A stretch of 64,000 nucleotides of DNA, from NCBI GenBank assembly GCA_963618735.1, contig CAVEUM010000006.1:4237-68236 (forward strand). Reading direction: 5' to 3'. The notes beneath the pieces were generated by a model, which saw only the letters and a program-made list of their open reading frames with translations, ran no database searches and was not told where the DNA came from. The translations under genes were made by a program, and so were the position numbers. Positions 1 through 9,061 of this stretch are shown here, piece after piece. Within the stretch, counting starts at the first letter, position 1, and every line of letters starts with the position of its first letter. This stretch comes from a bacterium (GTDB lineage Bacteria > Bacillota > Clostridia > Christensenellales > Aristaeellaceae).

Positions 1-788
1 TCATCGTCCTTTGGGGATGCGTTGGCGCCAAAGGTGAAGTTCGACAGGCTGTAGAAGATAACCTTGCCATTGTAGATCTGAATGGGCTGCAGGGTGTGAG
101 AACCATGACCGTACACCATATCGGCGCCAAGGTCGATGAGCTCAGGACCGTAGGTGCGCTGATCCAGATTGATGTTGTAGCTTTCCTCTTTCCCCCAGTG
201 GGCGCTGGCGATAATGAACGTGCAGCCGTCGTCCTTTAGCTGCTGGATCGATGCGGCATAGCGCTTCATCTTGGATTCGTTGATGGGATATGTGTAGCCC
301 ACGATGCCGATCTTTACGCCCTTGATCTCGGTTTCGTAGAGATCGTCATCACCGAAAACACCGATGCCCAGGGCGGTCAACGTGTCAATGGTGTCCTGAC
401 GGCCTTTTTCACCGAAGTCCCTGGCATGATTGTTGGCGATGTTGCACACATCAACATTGCCCAGCTTGAAAACCTCACCGAACTTCGTTTCCGCGCCCAG
501 GGTCATAAACTTGGCGTTGCTGCCGGGTCTGCGGTCGGTGAGAACACCTTCGCAATTGGCGATGGTCAGATCGTCCGCAGCGAACAAATCCGCCACCAGG
601 CTGAAGGGATAATCCAGACCGGCCTGAGAAATTTTGTATGTGAAGGAAGCACCGTAGCCGTGGTATTTCCACTGGTCGCCAACCGTGCAGTCACCAACCA
701 GGGAAAAGGTGAAAGTTTCGCCCAGCGCGATGGACGAAATACAGAGCATAAGCAGCGTTAAGAGGCAAAAAGCCTTCATTTTCTTCAT
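1..788 (-). CDS. CapA-family (PGA-synthesis / metallophosphatase-like) secreted protein or lipoprotein; C-terminus cut by window edge
   Basis: Absent from the ORF track because it runs off the window. My reverse-complement translation from ATG 788-786 reads MKKMKAFCLLTLLMLCISSIALGETFTFSLVGDCTVGDQW...CNIANNHARDFGEKG...IIASAHWGKEESY...VYGHGSHTLQPIQIYNGKVIFYSLSNFTFGAN. It has a signal peptide plus CapA-type NNH / HWG / GHGSH motifs and is a clear paralogue of 48134-49186. Confidence 0.8.
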   Translation of the reverse strand, partial: MKKMKAFCLLTLLMLCISSIALGETFTFSLVGDCTVGDQWKYHGYGASFTYKISQAGLDYPFSLVADLFAADDLTIANCEGVLTDRRPGSNAKFMTLGAETKFGEVFKLGNVDVCNIANNHARDFGEKGRQDTIDTLTALGIGVFGDDDLYETEIKGVKIGIVGYTYPINESKMKRYAASIQQLKDDGCTFIIASAHWGKEESYNINLDQRTYGPELIDLGADMVYGHGSHTLQPIQIYNGKVIFYSLSNFTFGANASPKDD

Positions 789-891
789 GATGGTTGTACC
801 GCCTTTCGTAAACTATCATATCATAGATAGGGGAGGCAGGCAAGGAAGATTTCCGGAGTGGGCATCAAAAAAGCTTTTTTGCTGTCTATGC

Positions 892-920
892 TTGCCAAGG
901 CGGAAAATGCGTGGTATAAT
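892..920 (+). promoter_or_regulatory. sigma-70-type promoter for the pheST leader
   Basis: TTGCCA (892-897), 17-nt spacer, TATAAT (915-920) with TG at 912-913 (extended -10). It lies immediately upstream of the T-box leader. Confidence 0.6.
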
Positions 921-934
921 GCAATGCGAATACT

Positions 935-1190
935 AAAGGCGACGACGGAGACAATGCCGGAGTACCTTGGCCACCTAAGAGAGGGATGCGTGTGCTGTAA
1001 GCATCCTGATGGCTGAGCCGGAAATTCCCTCCTGAGCTGCACTGCTGAAACGGTTTTCCCTAGTAGGCGGTGACGGATCGGCCCCGTGAAAGGCATCGAG
1101 CGCATCACGATTTTTCGTTGTGCGGAATTAGGGTGGTAACACGCGGCATTTCAGCCTTCGTCCCTTTCAGGGGAACGAGGGCTTTTTTAT
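935..1190 (+). promoter_or_regulatory. T-box riboswitch leader (Phe specifier) controlling pheS-pheT
   Basis: Stem I elements are present: AGTA 961-964, AGAGA box 978-982, distal hairpin GGATGC 984-989 / GCATCC 1001-1006. An internal loop AAAUUCC (1022-1028) is closed by GGAG 947-950/CUCC 1029-1032 and CCGG 957-960/CCGG 1018-1021, and contains UUC (Phe) at 1025-1027. The conserved T-box sequence AATTAGGGTGGTAACACGCGG is at 1126-1146. A terminator hairpin at 1154-1182 is followed by TTTTTT at 1183-1188. pheS starts 30 nt downstream. Confidence 0.85.
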
Positions 1191-1219
1191 TGCCGAATAG
1201 AAAGGATGGAACACGGAAC

Positions 1220-2248
1220 ATGGGCATGAGGGAAAAAATCGCAGAGATCCATCAGCTGATGAATGATGAAATGGGCAAGCTGGATGGCACCCAGGCTCTG
1301 GAAAATCTGCGTGTGCGTGTGCTTGGCAAGAAAGGCGAACTGACAGCACTGCTTCGCGGCATGGGACAGTTGTCCCCTGAAGAGCGCCCTGCGGCTGGCC
1401 AGATGATCAACGAGGCACGTGAGCACTTCACGGAAATGCTGGATGAAAAGCTCCGCATACTGAAGGCACGTGAGCAGGAGGAAGCCCTGAAGCGGGAGAC
1501 CATCGACGTAACTCAGCCGGCAGACATGCCTGCCATGGGCAGCGAACATCCCCTGACACTGGTGATGAATGAGATGATCGATTGCTTCACCGGTATGGGC
1601 TTTGAAGTGGTGGAAGGCCCTGAGGTAGAGCTGGATCACTACAATTTCGAGCTGATGAACATTCCGAAGAATCACCCTGCCCGTGATGCGCAGGATACCT
1701 TCTATATTGATGACAATGTGGTGCTGCGCACCCATACCAGCCCCATGCAGGCACGCACCATGCTGACCCGCAAGCCTCCGATTCGCGTGGTCTGCCCTGG
1801 CCGTGTGTATCGTGCTGATGAGGTGGATGCCACCCACAGCCCTGTGTTCCATCAGATGGAAGGCCTTGTGGTGGATAAGGACGTCACGATGGCAGATCTG
1901 CGCGGTACGCTGAATGCCTTTGCAGAGCGCCTGTACGGCAAGGGCATCACCACTCGTTTCCGTCCCAGCTTCTTCCCCTTCACTGAGCCCTCAACTGAGG
2001 TCGACCTGACCTGCGCAGCCTGCCATGGCAAGGGTTGCCGCGTCTGCAAGGGCACAGGCTGGATTGAAGTGCTGGGCGGCGGCATGGTGAACCCCAAGGT
2101 GCTGGAAATGTGCGGCATTGACAGCTCTGTCTATTCCGGCTTCGCATTCGGCATTGGCCTGGAGCGTATCGCCATGCAGCGTTACTCCATTCCGGATATG
2201 CGCCTATTGTACGAAGGCGATGTGCGCTTCCTGGGTCAGTTCCGGTAA
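1220..2248 (+). CDS. pheS: phenylalanine--tRNA ligase alpha subunit
   Basis: Part of track ORF 1070-2248. In-frame ATG at 1220 is preceded by AAAGGA at 1201-1206, and the upstream part of the ORF is the T-box leader. Product MGMREKIAEIHQLMNDE...HPARDAQDTFY...FRPSFFPFTEPS...GFAFGIGLERIAM is class II PheS. Confidence 0.95.
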   Translation: MGMREKIAEIHQLMNDEMGKLDGTQALENLRVRVLGKKGELTALLRGMGQLSPEERPAAGQMINEAREHFTEMLDEKLRILKAREQEEALKRETIDVTQPADMPAMGSEHPLTLVMNEMIDCFTGMGFEVVEGPEVELDHYNFELMNIPKNHPARDAQDTFYIDDNVVLRTHTSPMQARTMLTRKPPIRVVCPGRVYRADEVDATHSPVFHQMEGLVVDKDVTMADLRGTLNAFAERLYGKGITTRFRPSFFPFTEPSTEVDLTCAACHGKGCRVCKGTGWIEVLGGGMVNPKVLEMCGIDSSVYSGFAFGIGLERIAMQRYSIPDMRLLYEGDVRFLGQFR

Positions 2249-2311
2249 GCTGTGTTCATGGATCTAAACGACAGAAGAGCGAAATCGTTCCGATAGAAGG
2301 AGGGTCTTCCC

Positions 2312-4705
2312 TTGAAGGTACCTATGCAATGGATCAGGGAGTACGCCGACATCCCCATGAGCGCGGCGGACTATCAGGATAAAATGATTATGATCGGCAA
2401 CGGTGTGGAAGGTTATGAAGAAACCGGTGCCGAGGTGGACAACGTGGTGGTTGGCCGCGTGCTGACCTGTGAGCCCCATCCCGACAGCGACCATCTGCAC
2501 GTGACCACCGTGGATGTTGGCGGTGATGCACCCCTGCAGATTGTTTGCGGCGCACCGAACTGCCGCGCGGGCATTCTGACCCCTGTGGCACTGGTGGGCG
2601 CTCACCTGCCCGGCGGTGTAAAGATTAAGAAGGGCAAGCTCCGCGGCGTAATGTCTGAGGGCATGCTGTGCTCCTCGGAAGAGTTGGGCGTGCCTGTGGA
2701 ACTGTATCCGTCCATTGGCGCGGCTGGCATCCTGGAATTCCAGGAGGATTATCCTGTTGGCAGCGATGTAAAGCCGATCCTCGGCATTGATGATACGGTG
2801 ATGGACTTTGAAGTGCTGGCGAACCGTCCCGACTGCCTGAGTGTGTGGGGCGTTGCCCGCGAGACGGCAGTGGCCTGCGGCACGACCTTCCGCAAGCCGG
2901 AAATCACCGTGACCGAAGCTGGCGGTGATGTGCATGATTACGTGAAGGTAGATGTGGAGGCTACTGACCTGTGCCCCCGCTACATCGCCCGCGTGATTAA
3001 GGACGTGCGTGTGGGACCCAGCCCCATGTGGCTGCGCAAGTACCTCTATGGTGCCGGCATGCGTTCCATCAACAACGTGGTGGATATCACCAATTTCATT
3101 ATGCTGGAAACGGGTCATCCCATGCATGCTTTCGACCTGGACATGGTGGAGGGTCATCATATCATCGTTCGTAAGGCAGTGGAGGGTGAACACATCACCA
3201 CATTGGATGGCAAGCCGCATCCCCTGACGGCTGGTCAGCTGGTGATCTGCGATGCCAGCAAGCCTTCCTGCGTTGCAGGCGTTATGGGCGGCGAGGAAAG
3301 CGAAATTACCGAAAAGACCCACACCATGATGTTTGAGTGCGCAGTGTTTGACCGTGCGGCTACCCGCGTGACCAGCCGCAGTTTGGGCATCCGTACCGAG
3401 TCTTCCGGTCGCTTTGAAAAGGGCGTTTCTGTGAAGACTGCCATGGAAGCCATGCAGCGCGCCTGCCAGATGATTAATCAGCTGGACGCTGGTGACGTGG
3501 TGAGCGGCGTCATCGATATTTATCCCGAACCTGCTAAGAAGCAGGTGATTACCGCATCCTGTGAGAAGATTGCACGCCGTGCCGGTGTGGATATTCCCGC
3601 GGATGACACGGAGCGCATTCTGAAGGAACTGTTCTTCGATGTGCAACGCGACGGTGATACCCTGACGGTGACCGTGCCTGACTTCCGTCAGGATGTAGAG
3701 GGCGAGGCAGACCTGTGCGAGGAAGCTCTGCGTGTCTATGGCTACGACAAGATTCCTTCCACCCTGCTCCGCGGCGAAACCACCCCTGGCGGACGCTCTG
3801 CCCAGATGCGGCTGAAGGATGAAGTCAGCCAGGTGCTGGCGGCCATGGGCTTCTACGAAATCATGAATTATTCCTTCGTGAGCCCCAAAACAGTGGATAA
3901 GCTCATGCTGGATGAAACAGACACACGTCGTCACATGCTGCCCATTCGCAATCCTTTGGGCGAGGATACGTCCGTGATGCGCACGACTCTGGTGCCTGAC
4001 ATGCTGTCCACCCTGGCACTGAACATGAACCATGGCAATGAGTCTGCACGCCTGTTTGAAGTGTCCAACGTGTTTGATCCTGACCATCGCACGGAGGAAG
4101 GCCTGCCCACTGAAACCCGCAAGCTGTGTGTGGGCATGTACGGCAAGGAAGCTGACTTCTTCACCATGCGCGGTGTGGTAGAACGTCTGCTGCGTCAGCT
4201 GGGAATCACCTTTACGGTAGCCCGCAGCGAGGAAAAGTATCTCCACCCTGGTCGTCAGGCTGTGTTGACCCACGATGGCAAGGTAGTGTGCACCCTGGGC
4301 GAAGTGCATCCCACGGTGCGTGAAAACTTCGATATGCCTTCCCGTGCACTGATTGCGGAAATGGACATGCAGGTGATTGCCGAAATGCAGACGCCCATGG
4401 GCGCAGTGAAGGCCATGCCTCGCTACCCTGCTGTGAGCCGCGACCTGAGCCTGGTGATGGCGGAATCTACCGAGGTGGGTCCGCTGCTCACTGATATGGC
4501 GAACGCTGCTGGCAGCATTCTGGAAGATGCCAGAATGTTCGATGTGTACCGCTCTGCAGTGGTAGGCAAGGACATGAAGTCTGTTGCTTTCTCCTTCGTG
4601 TTCCGCGCAGCCGATCATACCCTGACCGAGGCAGAAATCACCAAGGCCATGGACAAGCTGCAGAAGGTTGCCTCCGAAAAGTACAACGCCGTCATCCGCG
4701 GATAA
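2312..4705 (+). CDS. pheT: phenylalanine--tRNA ligase beta subunit
   Basis: 797-aa ORF with a TTG start, preceded by AAGGAGGG at 2296-2303. The N-terminus MKVPMQWIREYADI matches the typical PheT start. tRNA-binding, B3/4, B5 and FDX-ACB-like regions are recognisable. Confidence 0.95.
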   Translation: MKVPMQWIREYADIPMSAADYQDKMIMIGNGVEGYEETGAEVDNVVVGRVLTCEPHPDSDHLHVTTVDVGGDAPLQIVCGAPNCRAGILTPVALVGAHLPGGVKIKKGKLRGVMSEGMLCSSEELGVPVELYPSIGAAGILEFQEDYPVGSDVKPILGIDDTVMDFEVLANRPDCLSVWGVARETAVACGTTFRKPEITVTEAGGDVHDYVKVDVEATDLCPRYIARVIKDVRVGPSPMWLRKYLYGAGMRSINNVVDITNFIMLETGHPMHAFDLDMVEGHHIIVRKAVEGEHITTLDGKPHPLTAGQLVICDASKPSCVAGVMGGEESEITEKTHTMMFECAVFDRAATRVTSRSLGIRTESSGRFEKGVSVKTAMEAMQRACQMINQLDAGDVVSGVIDIYPEPAKKQVITASCEKIARRAGVDIPADDTERILKELFFDVQRDGDTLTVTVPDFRQDVEGEADLCEEALRVYGYDKIPSTLLRGETTPGGRSAQMRLKDEVSQVLAAMGFYEIMNYSFVSPKTVDKLMLDETDTRRHMLPIRNPLGEDTSVMRTTLVPDMLSTLALNMNHGNESARLFEVSNVFDPDHRTEEGLPTETRKLCVGMYGKEADFFTMRGVVERLLRQLGITFTVARSEEKYLHPGRQAVLTHDGKVVCTLGEVHPTVRENFDMPSRALIAEMDMQVIAEMQTPMGAVKAMPRYPAVSRDLSLVMAESTEVGPLLTDMANAAGSILEDARMFDVYRSAVVGKDMKSVAFSFVFRAADHTLTEAEITKAMDKLQKVASEKYNAVIRG

Positions 4706-4753
4706 AGAATGACGCGGGGAAATTCGATGAAAATCCTGAATTATTGACCTGTG

Positions 4754-4786
4754 GGGAGAAGCAGCGCTTGCTTCTCCTCATTTTTC
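4754..4786 (+). terminator. intrinsic terminator after pheT
   Basis: GGAGAAGCA (4755-4763) / TGCTTCTCC (4769-4777) hairpin followed by TTTTT at 4781-4785. Confidence 0.75.
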
Positions 4787-4795
4787 TGCGCAAGC

Positions 4796-4837
4796 AAAAA
4801 GCCGTGAGGACTCACAAAGAAATCCTCACGGCTTTTG
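4796..4837. terminator. bidirectional intrinsic terminator between convergent pheT and the cytidylate-kinase-like gene
   Basis: AAAAA, then GCCGTGAGGA (4801-4810), an 11-12 nt loop, TCCTCACGGC (4823-4832), then TTTT. The A-tract and T-tract flank the stem on the two sides. Confidence 0.75.
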
Positions 4838-4845
4838 ATGTATTA

Positions 4846-5463
4846 TTACAGCTCACTCAAATAGGCCTTTACAATAGCGGCACATTTTTCACGGCCGATC
4901 TTGGAAGAATCCATGCACAGGTCATAGAAATCGGCATCCTTCCAGTCGTGGCCGGTGAAGTAGTGGTAGTACTCTGCGCGACGCTTGTTGATATTGCGGA
5001 TGGCTTTCACGGCATCCTCGTTGGTCATGCCGTACTTACTCATGACCGAGCGGACGCATACATCTTCCGGCGCGTGAACATACAGCTTGATGACGTTGGG
5101 CGAATCCCGAAGAACATAGTTGGCACAGCGGCCTACGATTACGCAATTTTCTGTTTCGGACAGGGCACGGATAATTTTTGCCTGATAGCGGAACAGATTT
5201 TCATTGGAAATGAAGTCGTCACGATCCGGGGGAATGGTGCGGCCATCAAATACGTTGCTGGCAATGCGGAACAAGGGTGTGCGACGGAAGGTTTCATCGG
5301 CTCTGGCGAAAAAATCCTCATTGATGCCGCTGTCGTTGGAGGCAAGCTGCAACAGCTCACGGTCATAAAAGGACCAACCAAGCTCTTCGGCCAGCATTTT
5401 GCCCATGGCGTGGCCGCCGCTGCCGAAACCTCTCGCAATGGTAATGACGTGATAATCAGACAT
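4846..5463 (-). CDS. cytidylate kinase-like family protein (AAA/P-loop)
   Basis: Track ORF 4846-5493. I prefer ATG 5463 (MSDYHVITIARGFGSGGHAMGKMLAEELGWSFYDRELL...), which is preceded by GAAGGGAGG. The GSGG-containing N-terminus is typical of the cytidylate-kinase-like family. Confidence 0.75.
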   Translation of the reverse strand: MSDYHVITIARGFGSGGHAMGKMLAEELGWSFYDRELLQLASNDSGINEDFFARADETFRRTPLFRIASNVFDGRTIPPDRDDFISNENLFRYQAKIIRALSETENCVIVGRCANYVLRDSPNVIKLYVHAPEDVCVRSVMSKYGMTNEDAVKAIRNINKRRAEYYHYFTGHDWKDADFYDLCMDSSKIGREKCAAIVKAYLSEL

Positions 5464-5506
5464 GCGATAACCTCCCTTCGTAGAAGGAAACAATCTTTAT
5501 GTCTAT

Positions 5507-5534
5507 ATTATACGCCAAAATGGCAAAAAATCAA
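5507..5534 (-). promoter_or_regulatory. candidate promoter of the cytidylate-kinase-like gene
   Basis: On the minus strand: TTGATT (5534-5529), 16-nt spacer, TATAAT (5512-5507). Confidence 0.5.
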
Positions 5535-5590
5535 CCGAAAAATGCAAATTTGACAGAAATGGAACAATGGACGAGCAAAAAAGGGTAAAG

Positions 5591-5722
5591 AAAAAACCGC
5601 ACCCGCTCAGACTGGGCAAACCTGCAGCACATCCGGCAAACGCTTACTGCTGCTTCCTTCCGGACCTGACAGGGTTCACGCTGACGGATCGCACAGGACC
5701 CAATCTTCATCGCGAATACGGC
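5591..5722 (-). ncRNA. ffs: signal recognition particle RNA (small 4.5S-like type)
   Basis: The minus strand contains GTCAGGTCCGGAAGGAAGCAGC, the invariant domain IV motif (identical 22-mer to E. coli 4.5S as I recall it), followed by GCCGGATGTGCTGCAGG on the 3' side. The 5' CCGTATTCGC (5721-5712) pairs with the 3' GCGGGTGCGG (5606-5597), followed by TTTTTT (5596-5591). A TTGCTT-17-TATACT promoter lies just upstream, with its -10 at 5734-5729. Ends are approximate to a few nt. Confidence 0.85.
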
Positions 5723-5779
5723 TCTACAAGTATAGCTTATATGGCAGAAAAAAGCAAGCTTTTTTTCAGAAGCAGAGAC

Positions 5780-6247
5780 TTATTCTTCTGCTGAAAGAAT
5801 ACTTACCAGCCTCAGCAGCGTTGCCATCGCGTTATTCAGCTCCTTTGCTTCACTGCGGCTCAGCTTGCCAGACCATTCTTCTACACAGGCACGATAGGAG
5901 GCACAGATGGCCTCAAGCTGTTCCTCACCGGCGGGAAGCAGTTCAACGCGCACTACACGATGATCCACTTCATCCCGCATGCGGGAAATGAAACCGCTGC
6001 TATGAAGACTGTTAATCAGCGGGGTAATGTTGGGCTTGGCAATGCCCAGGCGACGGGACAAATCGCCCACAGACATGGACCCTTCCTGCAGGAGAATAAG
6101 AATCTGAATCTGGGAAGCAGGCATTCCATGAGCCTGCTGGAGAACATCTGCCTTCAGCAGCTTCTTCGGGAAAACAGGAAATGCCTTGAGGAGCTTTTCT
6201 GTGATGCTATCTACAAGAACTGCGTCCATGGAGCTCTTTTTTGCCAT
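5780..6247 (-). CDS. MarR family transcriptional regulator
   Basis: 155-aa ORF. The winged-HTH region ...GSMSVGDLSRRLGIAKPNITPLINSLHSSGFISRMRDEVDHRVVRVELLPAGEE is typical of MarR. Confidence 0.85.
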   Translation of the reverse strand: MAKKSSMDAVLVDSITEKLLKAFPVFPKKLLKADVLQQAHGMPASQIQILILLQEGSMSVGDLSRRLGIAKPNITPLINSLHSSGFISRMRDEVDHRVVRVELLPAGEEQLEAICASYRACVEEWSGKLSRSEAKELNNAMATLLRLVSILSAEE

Positions 6248-6510
6248 AATCTACACGCCCTCGCAAAAATGAAGTAACGACCGCATAGGGAGTGATACGA
6301 TCGCGTAATATAATATAATACAACTTGATTATAACCTTTTCAGGAAACTTTTTCAAGAAAAAATCAAGGATGAATTCCCAAAAATTGTTGCAATTTCGCG
6401 AGAAAACGAAAAAAATACGAAACTTTATTCTCGGAACACAAGAAAATGTGTTTACTTGTATTCTTGTTAACAAAGAACAGGAGAAGTGCAGCTTTGAAGC
6501 TGTTTTTTCG

Positions 6511-6539
6511 TTGACCGCAGAGAAAAAAACGGCTATAAT
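6511..6539 (+). promoter_or_regulatory. sigma-70-type promoter for glyA
   Basis: TTGACC (6511-6516), 17-nt spacer, TATAAT (6534-6539), 35 nt upstream of the glyA ATG. Confidence 0.65.
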
Positions 6540-6573
6540 GCCTCTTAATTTCAAAAAGAAAGGGCGGAGTTTC

Positions 6574-7809
6574 ATGGAGCTTGAAGTTATTCGGCAAGCA
6601 GACCCGGCGGTGGCGGAGGCTATTGATCAGGAATTGGAGCGTCAGCGGACACATATTGAGCTGATTGCCTCAGAAAATTTCGTTTCCCCGGCGGTGATGG
6701 CTGCCATGGGTACGCCGCTGACCAACAAGTATGCTGAGGGCTACCCGGGACACCGTTATTATGGCGGCTGCGAGTATGTAGACATTGTGGAAAACCTGGC
6801 ACGGGACCGCGCCTGCCAGCTCTTTGGTGCAGAGCATGCCAATGTGCAGCCCCACTCTGGTGCACAGGCGAACATGGCGGTTTATTTTGCCATGCTGCAG
6901 CCTGGGGATACGGTGATGGGCATGAATTTGTCGCATGGCGGCCACCTGACCCACGGCAGTCCTGTGAACATCAGCGGCAAGTATTTCCATTTCGTGCCCT
7001 ACGGGGTCGATCCTGAGACGGAGATGCTGAATTACGAGACCGTGCGACAGGTGGCACTGGAGTGCAAGCCGAAGCTGATTGTGGCTGGTGCCTCGGCCTA
7101 TCCGCGCGTGATCGATTTTGCCAAACTGCGTGAAATCGCCGATGAAGTCGGTGCACTGCTCATGGTGGATATGGCACATATTGCAGGCCTTGTGGCTACC
7201 GGGCTGCATCCGAGTCCTGTGCCTTATGCCGATTTTGTGACCACCACCACCCATAAGACCCTTCGCGGCCCCCGCGGCGGCATGATCCTCTGTAAGGAGC
7301 AGTATGCCAAGGCCATCGATAAGGCTATTTTCCCCGGCACCCAGGGCGGCCCGCTGGAACACATCATTGCAGCCAAGGCTGTCTGCTTTGGTGAGGCATT
7401 GAAGCCGGAATTCAAGGAATATCAGGCACAGATTATCCGCAACGCCAAGGCATTGGAGAAGGCTTTCCGTGAGGAAGACATCCGCATGGTGTCCGGCGGT
7501 ACGGACAATCATTTGCTCCTGCTGGACTTTACCGGCAAGGATGTGACAGGCAAGCAGCTGGAGGGCTGGCTGGAAGAAGCCAACATCACCGTGAACAAGA
7601 ACACGGTGCCGAACGAAACGCGCAGCCCCTTTGTGACCAGCGGTCTCCGTGTTGGCACACCTGCTGCCACTACCCGCGGCCTGAAGGAAGAACAGATGAC
7701 TATGATTGCCCACTGGATTGCACGGGTCGTGCGTGAAGGCGAGGCAGCCTGCCCTGAGGTCAGGCAGGAAGTTGAAGCACTGATGCGCAACTATCCGCTG
7801 TATGCGTAA
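6574..7809 (+). CDS. glyA: serine hydroxymethyltransferase
   Basis: Track ORF 6325-7809. The first 83 codons are AT-rich, lysine-rich promoter DNA. ATG 6574 is preceded by AAAGGGCGGAG. Product [36 protein letters not shown]...[14 protein letters not shown] is canonical SHMT. Confidence 0.95.
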   Translation: MELEVIRQADPAVAEAIDQELERQRTHIELIASENFVSPAVMAAMGTPLTNKYAEGYPGHRYYGGCEYVDIVENLARDRACQLFGAEHANVQPHSGAQANMAVYFAMLQPGDTVMGMNLSHGGHLTHGSPVNISGKYFHFVPYGVDPETEMLNYETVRQVALECKPKLIVAGASAYPRVIDFAKLREIADEVGALLMVDMAHIAGLVATGLHPSPVPYADFVTTTTHKTLRGPRGGMILCKEQYAKAIDKAIFPGTQGGPLEHIIAAKAVCFGEALKPEFKEYQAQIIRNAKALEKAFREEDIRMVSGGTDNHLLLLDFTGKDVTGKQLEGWLEEANITVNKNTVPNETRSPFVTSGLRVGTPAATTRGLKEEQMTMIAHWIARVVREGEAACPEVRQEVEALMRNYPLYA

Positions 7810-7848
7810 ATCATGGGTCGCCGTCTACATATTGCAGCTTTTGTTCCG

Positions 7849-7877
7849 TTGTGATTTTTGCCGCCCTGTGGTATACT
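7849..7877 (+). promoter_or_regulatory. candidate promoter
   Basis: TTGTGA (7849-7854), 17-nt spacer, TATACT (7872-7877), upstream of 7929. Confidence 0.45.
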
Positions 7878-7928
7878 TCCTCTAATGACAGCAAAGCGTA
7901 TGCTTAGTGCAAAGGAGTATTGCGGCGA

Positions 7929-8606
7929 ATGAAGACACCTGTGAACAAGATGACCCTGCGCCAGCACTGGAATTATAGCTGGTGGAAATATTTTCTGCTG
8001 ATTGTTCTGTCCATTGTGGGGTGGAATCTCATCTACACCATGACGGCCTATCGTCCGCCGGCCAACAAAAAAGTGGATTTCTATCTTTCCAGCGCCATGG
8101 CTGACCAGAATATGCTGGATGAGTATCTGGAAAATATCCGCGTATCAGAAATGCCGGATATGGAACAGATGACATCCGTGGTGCTGACAACGGATGAGTA
8201 TTATGGCGCCATGCAGCTGGCAACCTATATTGCGGCAGGGGAGGGCGATGTGTATCTCCTCACGGCAGATACCTTCCAGCAGTACGCCACCTCCGGTGCG
8301 ATGCTTCCGCTGGAGGATTATGAGGATCTGCTCGCTCAACTGAACGCGGTGGGATTGGACGCCGGAAAGGGATGGCGCACGGAAAGCGACAGCGGCGAAA
8401 GACATCTTTACGGTATTCCTGCCAGCTCTCTGACGGGATTTGAAGCATACAGTGTTGATCCGGAAGATATGTATTTGTGCGTCATGGTGAACTGCGGCAA
8501 TAATGACATGGCCGTGCAGCTTCTGCAGTGCATGATCCGTGACATGCAGCCTGGCGAAGAGGCCGCGACGCCTACGGATCTGGCAACAGCGACGGACGCA
8601 CAGTGA
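7929..8606 (+). CDS. hypothetical membrane-anchored protein (single N-terminal TM segment, acidic C-terminal tail)
   Basis: Track ORF 7920-8606. ATG 7929 lies 12 nt after AAGGAG at 7911-7916. WWKYFLLIVLSIVGWNLIYTM is a predicted TM helix. I recognise no domain. Confidence 0.6.
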   Translation: MKTPVNKMTLRQHWNYSWWKYFLLIVLSIVGWNLIYTMTAYRPPANKKVDFYLSSAMADQNMLDEYLENIRVSEMPDMEQMTSVVLTTDEYYGAMQLATYIAAGEGDVYLLTADTFQQYATSGAMLPLEDYEDLLAQLNAVGLDAGKGWRTESDSGERHLYGIPASSLTGFEAYSVDPEDMYLCVMVNCGNNDMAVQLLQCMIRDMQPGEEAATPTDLATATDAQ

Positions 8607-8619
8607 AAGGAAGAATCCT

Positions 8620-8904
8620 ATGCTGCATCATATTCTGGCAAAATATACAGAGGATGTGACCGATAAGCAGGCGCTGATTCCTCGCATTGAGCAGATTTTT
8701 GCTTCTCTGAAAGAAGTGGATGGCATTCACAGCGTGTCGGTTCACCCCAATGTCGTTGACAGACCCAACCGATACGATGTGATGATTGTCATTGACATGG
8801 AAAAAGAAGCGCTGGATGCCTACGACCAAAGTGAGGCACACCACCGCTGGAAGGACGAATTTGGTCCCCTGATGGCGAAAAAGGCGATCTTCGACTGTGA
8901 TTGA
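8620..8904 (+). CDS. Dabb (stress-responsive alpha/beta-barrel) family protein
   Basis: ATG 8620 within track ORF 8539-8904, preceded by GAAAGGAAG. MLHHILAKYTEDVTDKQALIPRIEQIFASLKEVDGIHSVSVHPNV...; the ~94-aa size and pattern fit a Dabb domain. Confidence 0.7.
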   Translation: MLHHILAKYTEDVTDKQALIPRIEQIFASLKEVDGIHSVSVHPNVVDRPNRYDVMIVIDMEKEALDAYDQSEAHHRWKDEFGPLMAKKAIFDCD

Positions 8905-8910
8905 TCCCTT

Positions 8911-8948
8911 GGCTGTGAGAGAAAAGATTCTTTCACAGCCTTTTCTTT
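8911..8948 (+). terminator. intrinsic terminator
   Basis: GGCTGTGA (8911-8918) / TCACAGCC (8933-8940) hairpin followed by TTTTCTTT. Confidence 0.7.
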
Positions 8949-9000
8949 GCGTTGAAACGGCTTTTGTGCGATTCAATCTGCTCCTCTTCGGCTGAAATAG

Positions 9001-9029
9001 TTGCAGGAGATTGCGAAACATGGTATAAT
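9001..9029 (+). promoter_or_regulatory. sigma-70-type promoter (extended -10)
   Basis: TTGCAG (9001-9006), 17-nt spacer, TATAAT (9024-9029) preceded by TGG (TGn). Confidence 0.6.
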
Positions 9030-9061
9030 ACAAGGAGTTAGTAGAAAGGGGCTTATTGCCA

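Noticed and set aside
6325-6573. N-terminal extensions offered by the ORF track for glyA (6325), pheS (1070), murA (10856), polA (12850), rhaB (16669), the ABC ATPase (22862), 26853, 38755, 41850, 44025 and carA (54684).
   Set aside because: In each case the family-conserved N-terminus begins at an internal start with a proper SD at 6-12 nt. The upstream codons cover promoter, leader or terminator sequence or the 3' end of the preceding gene.
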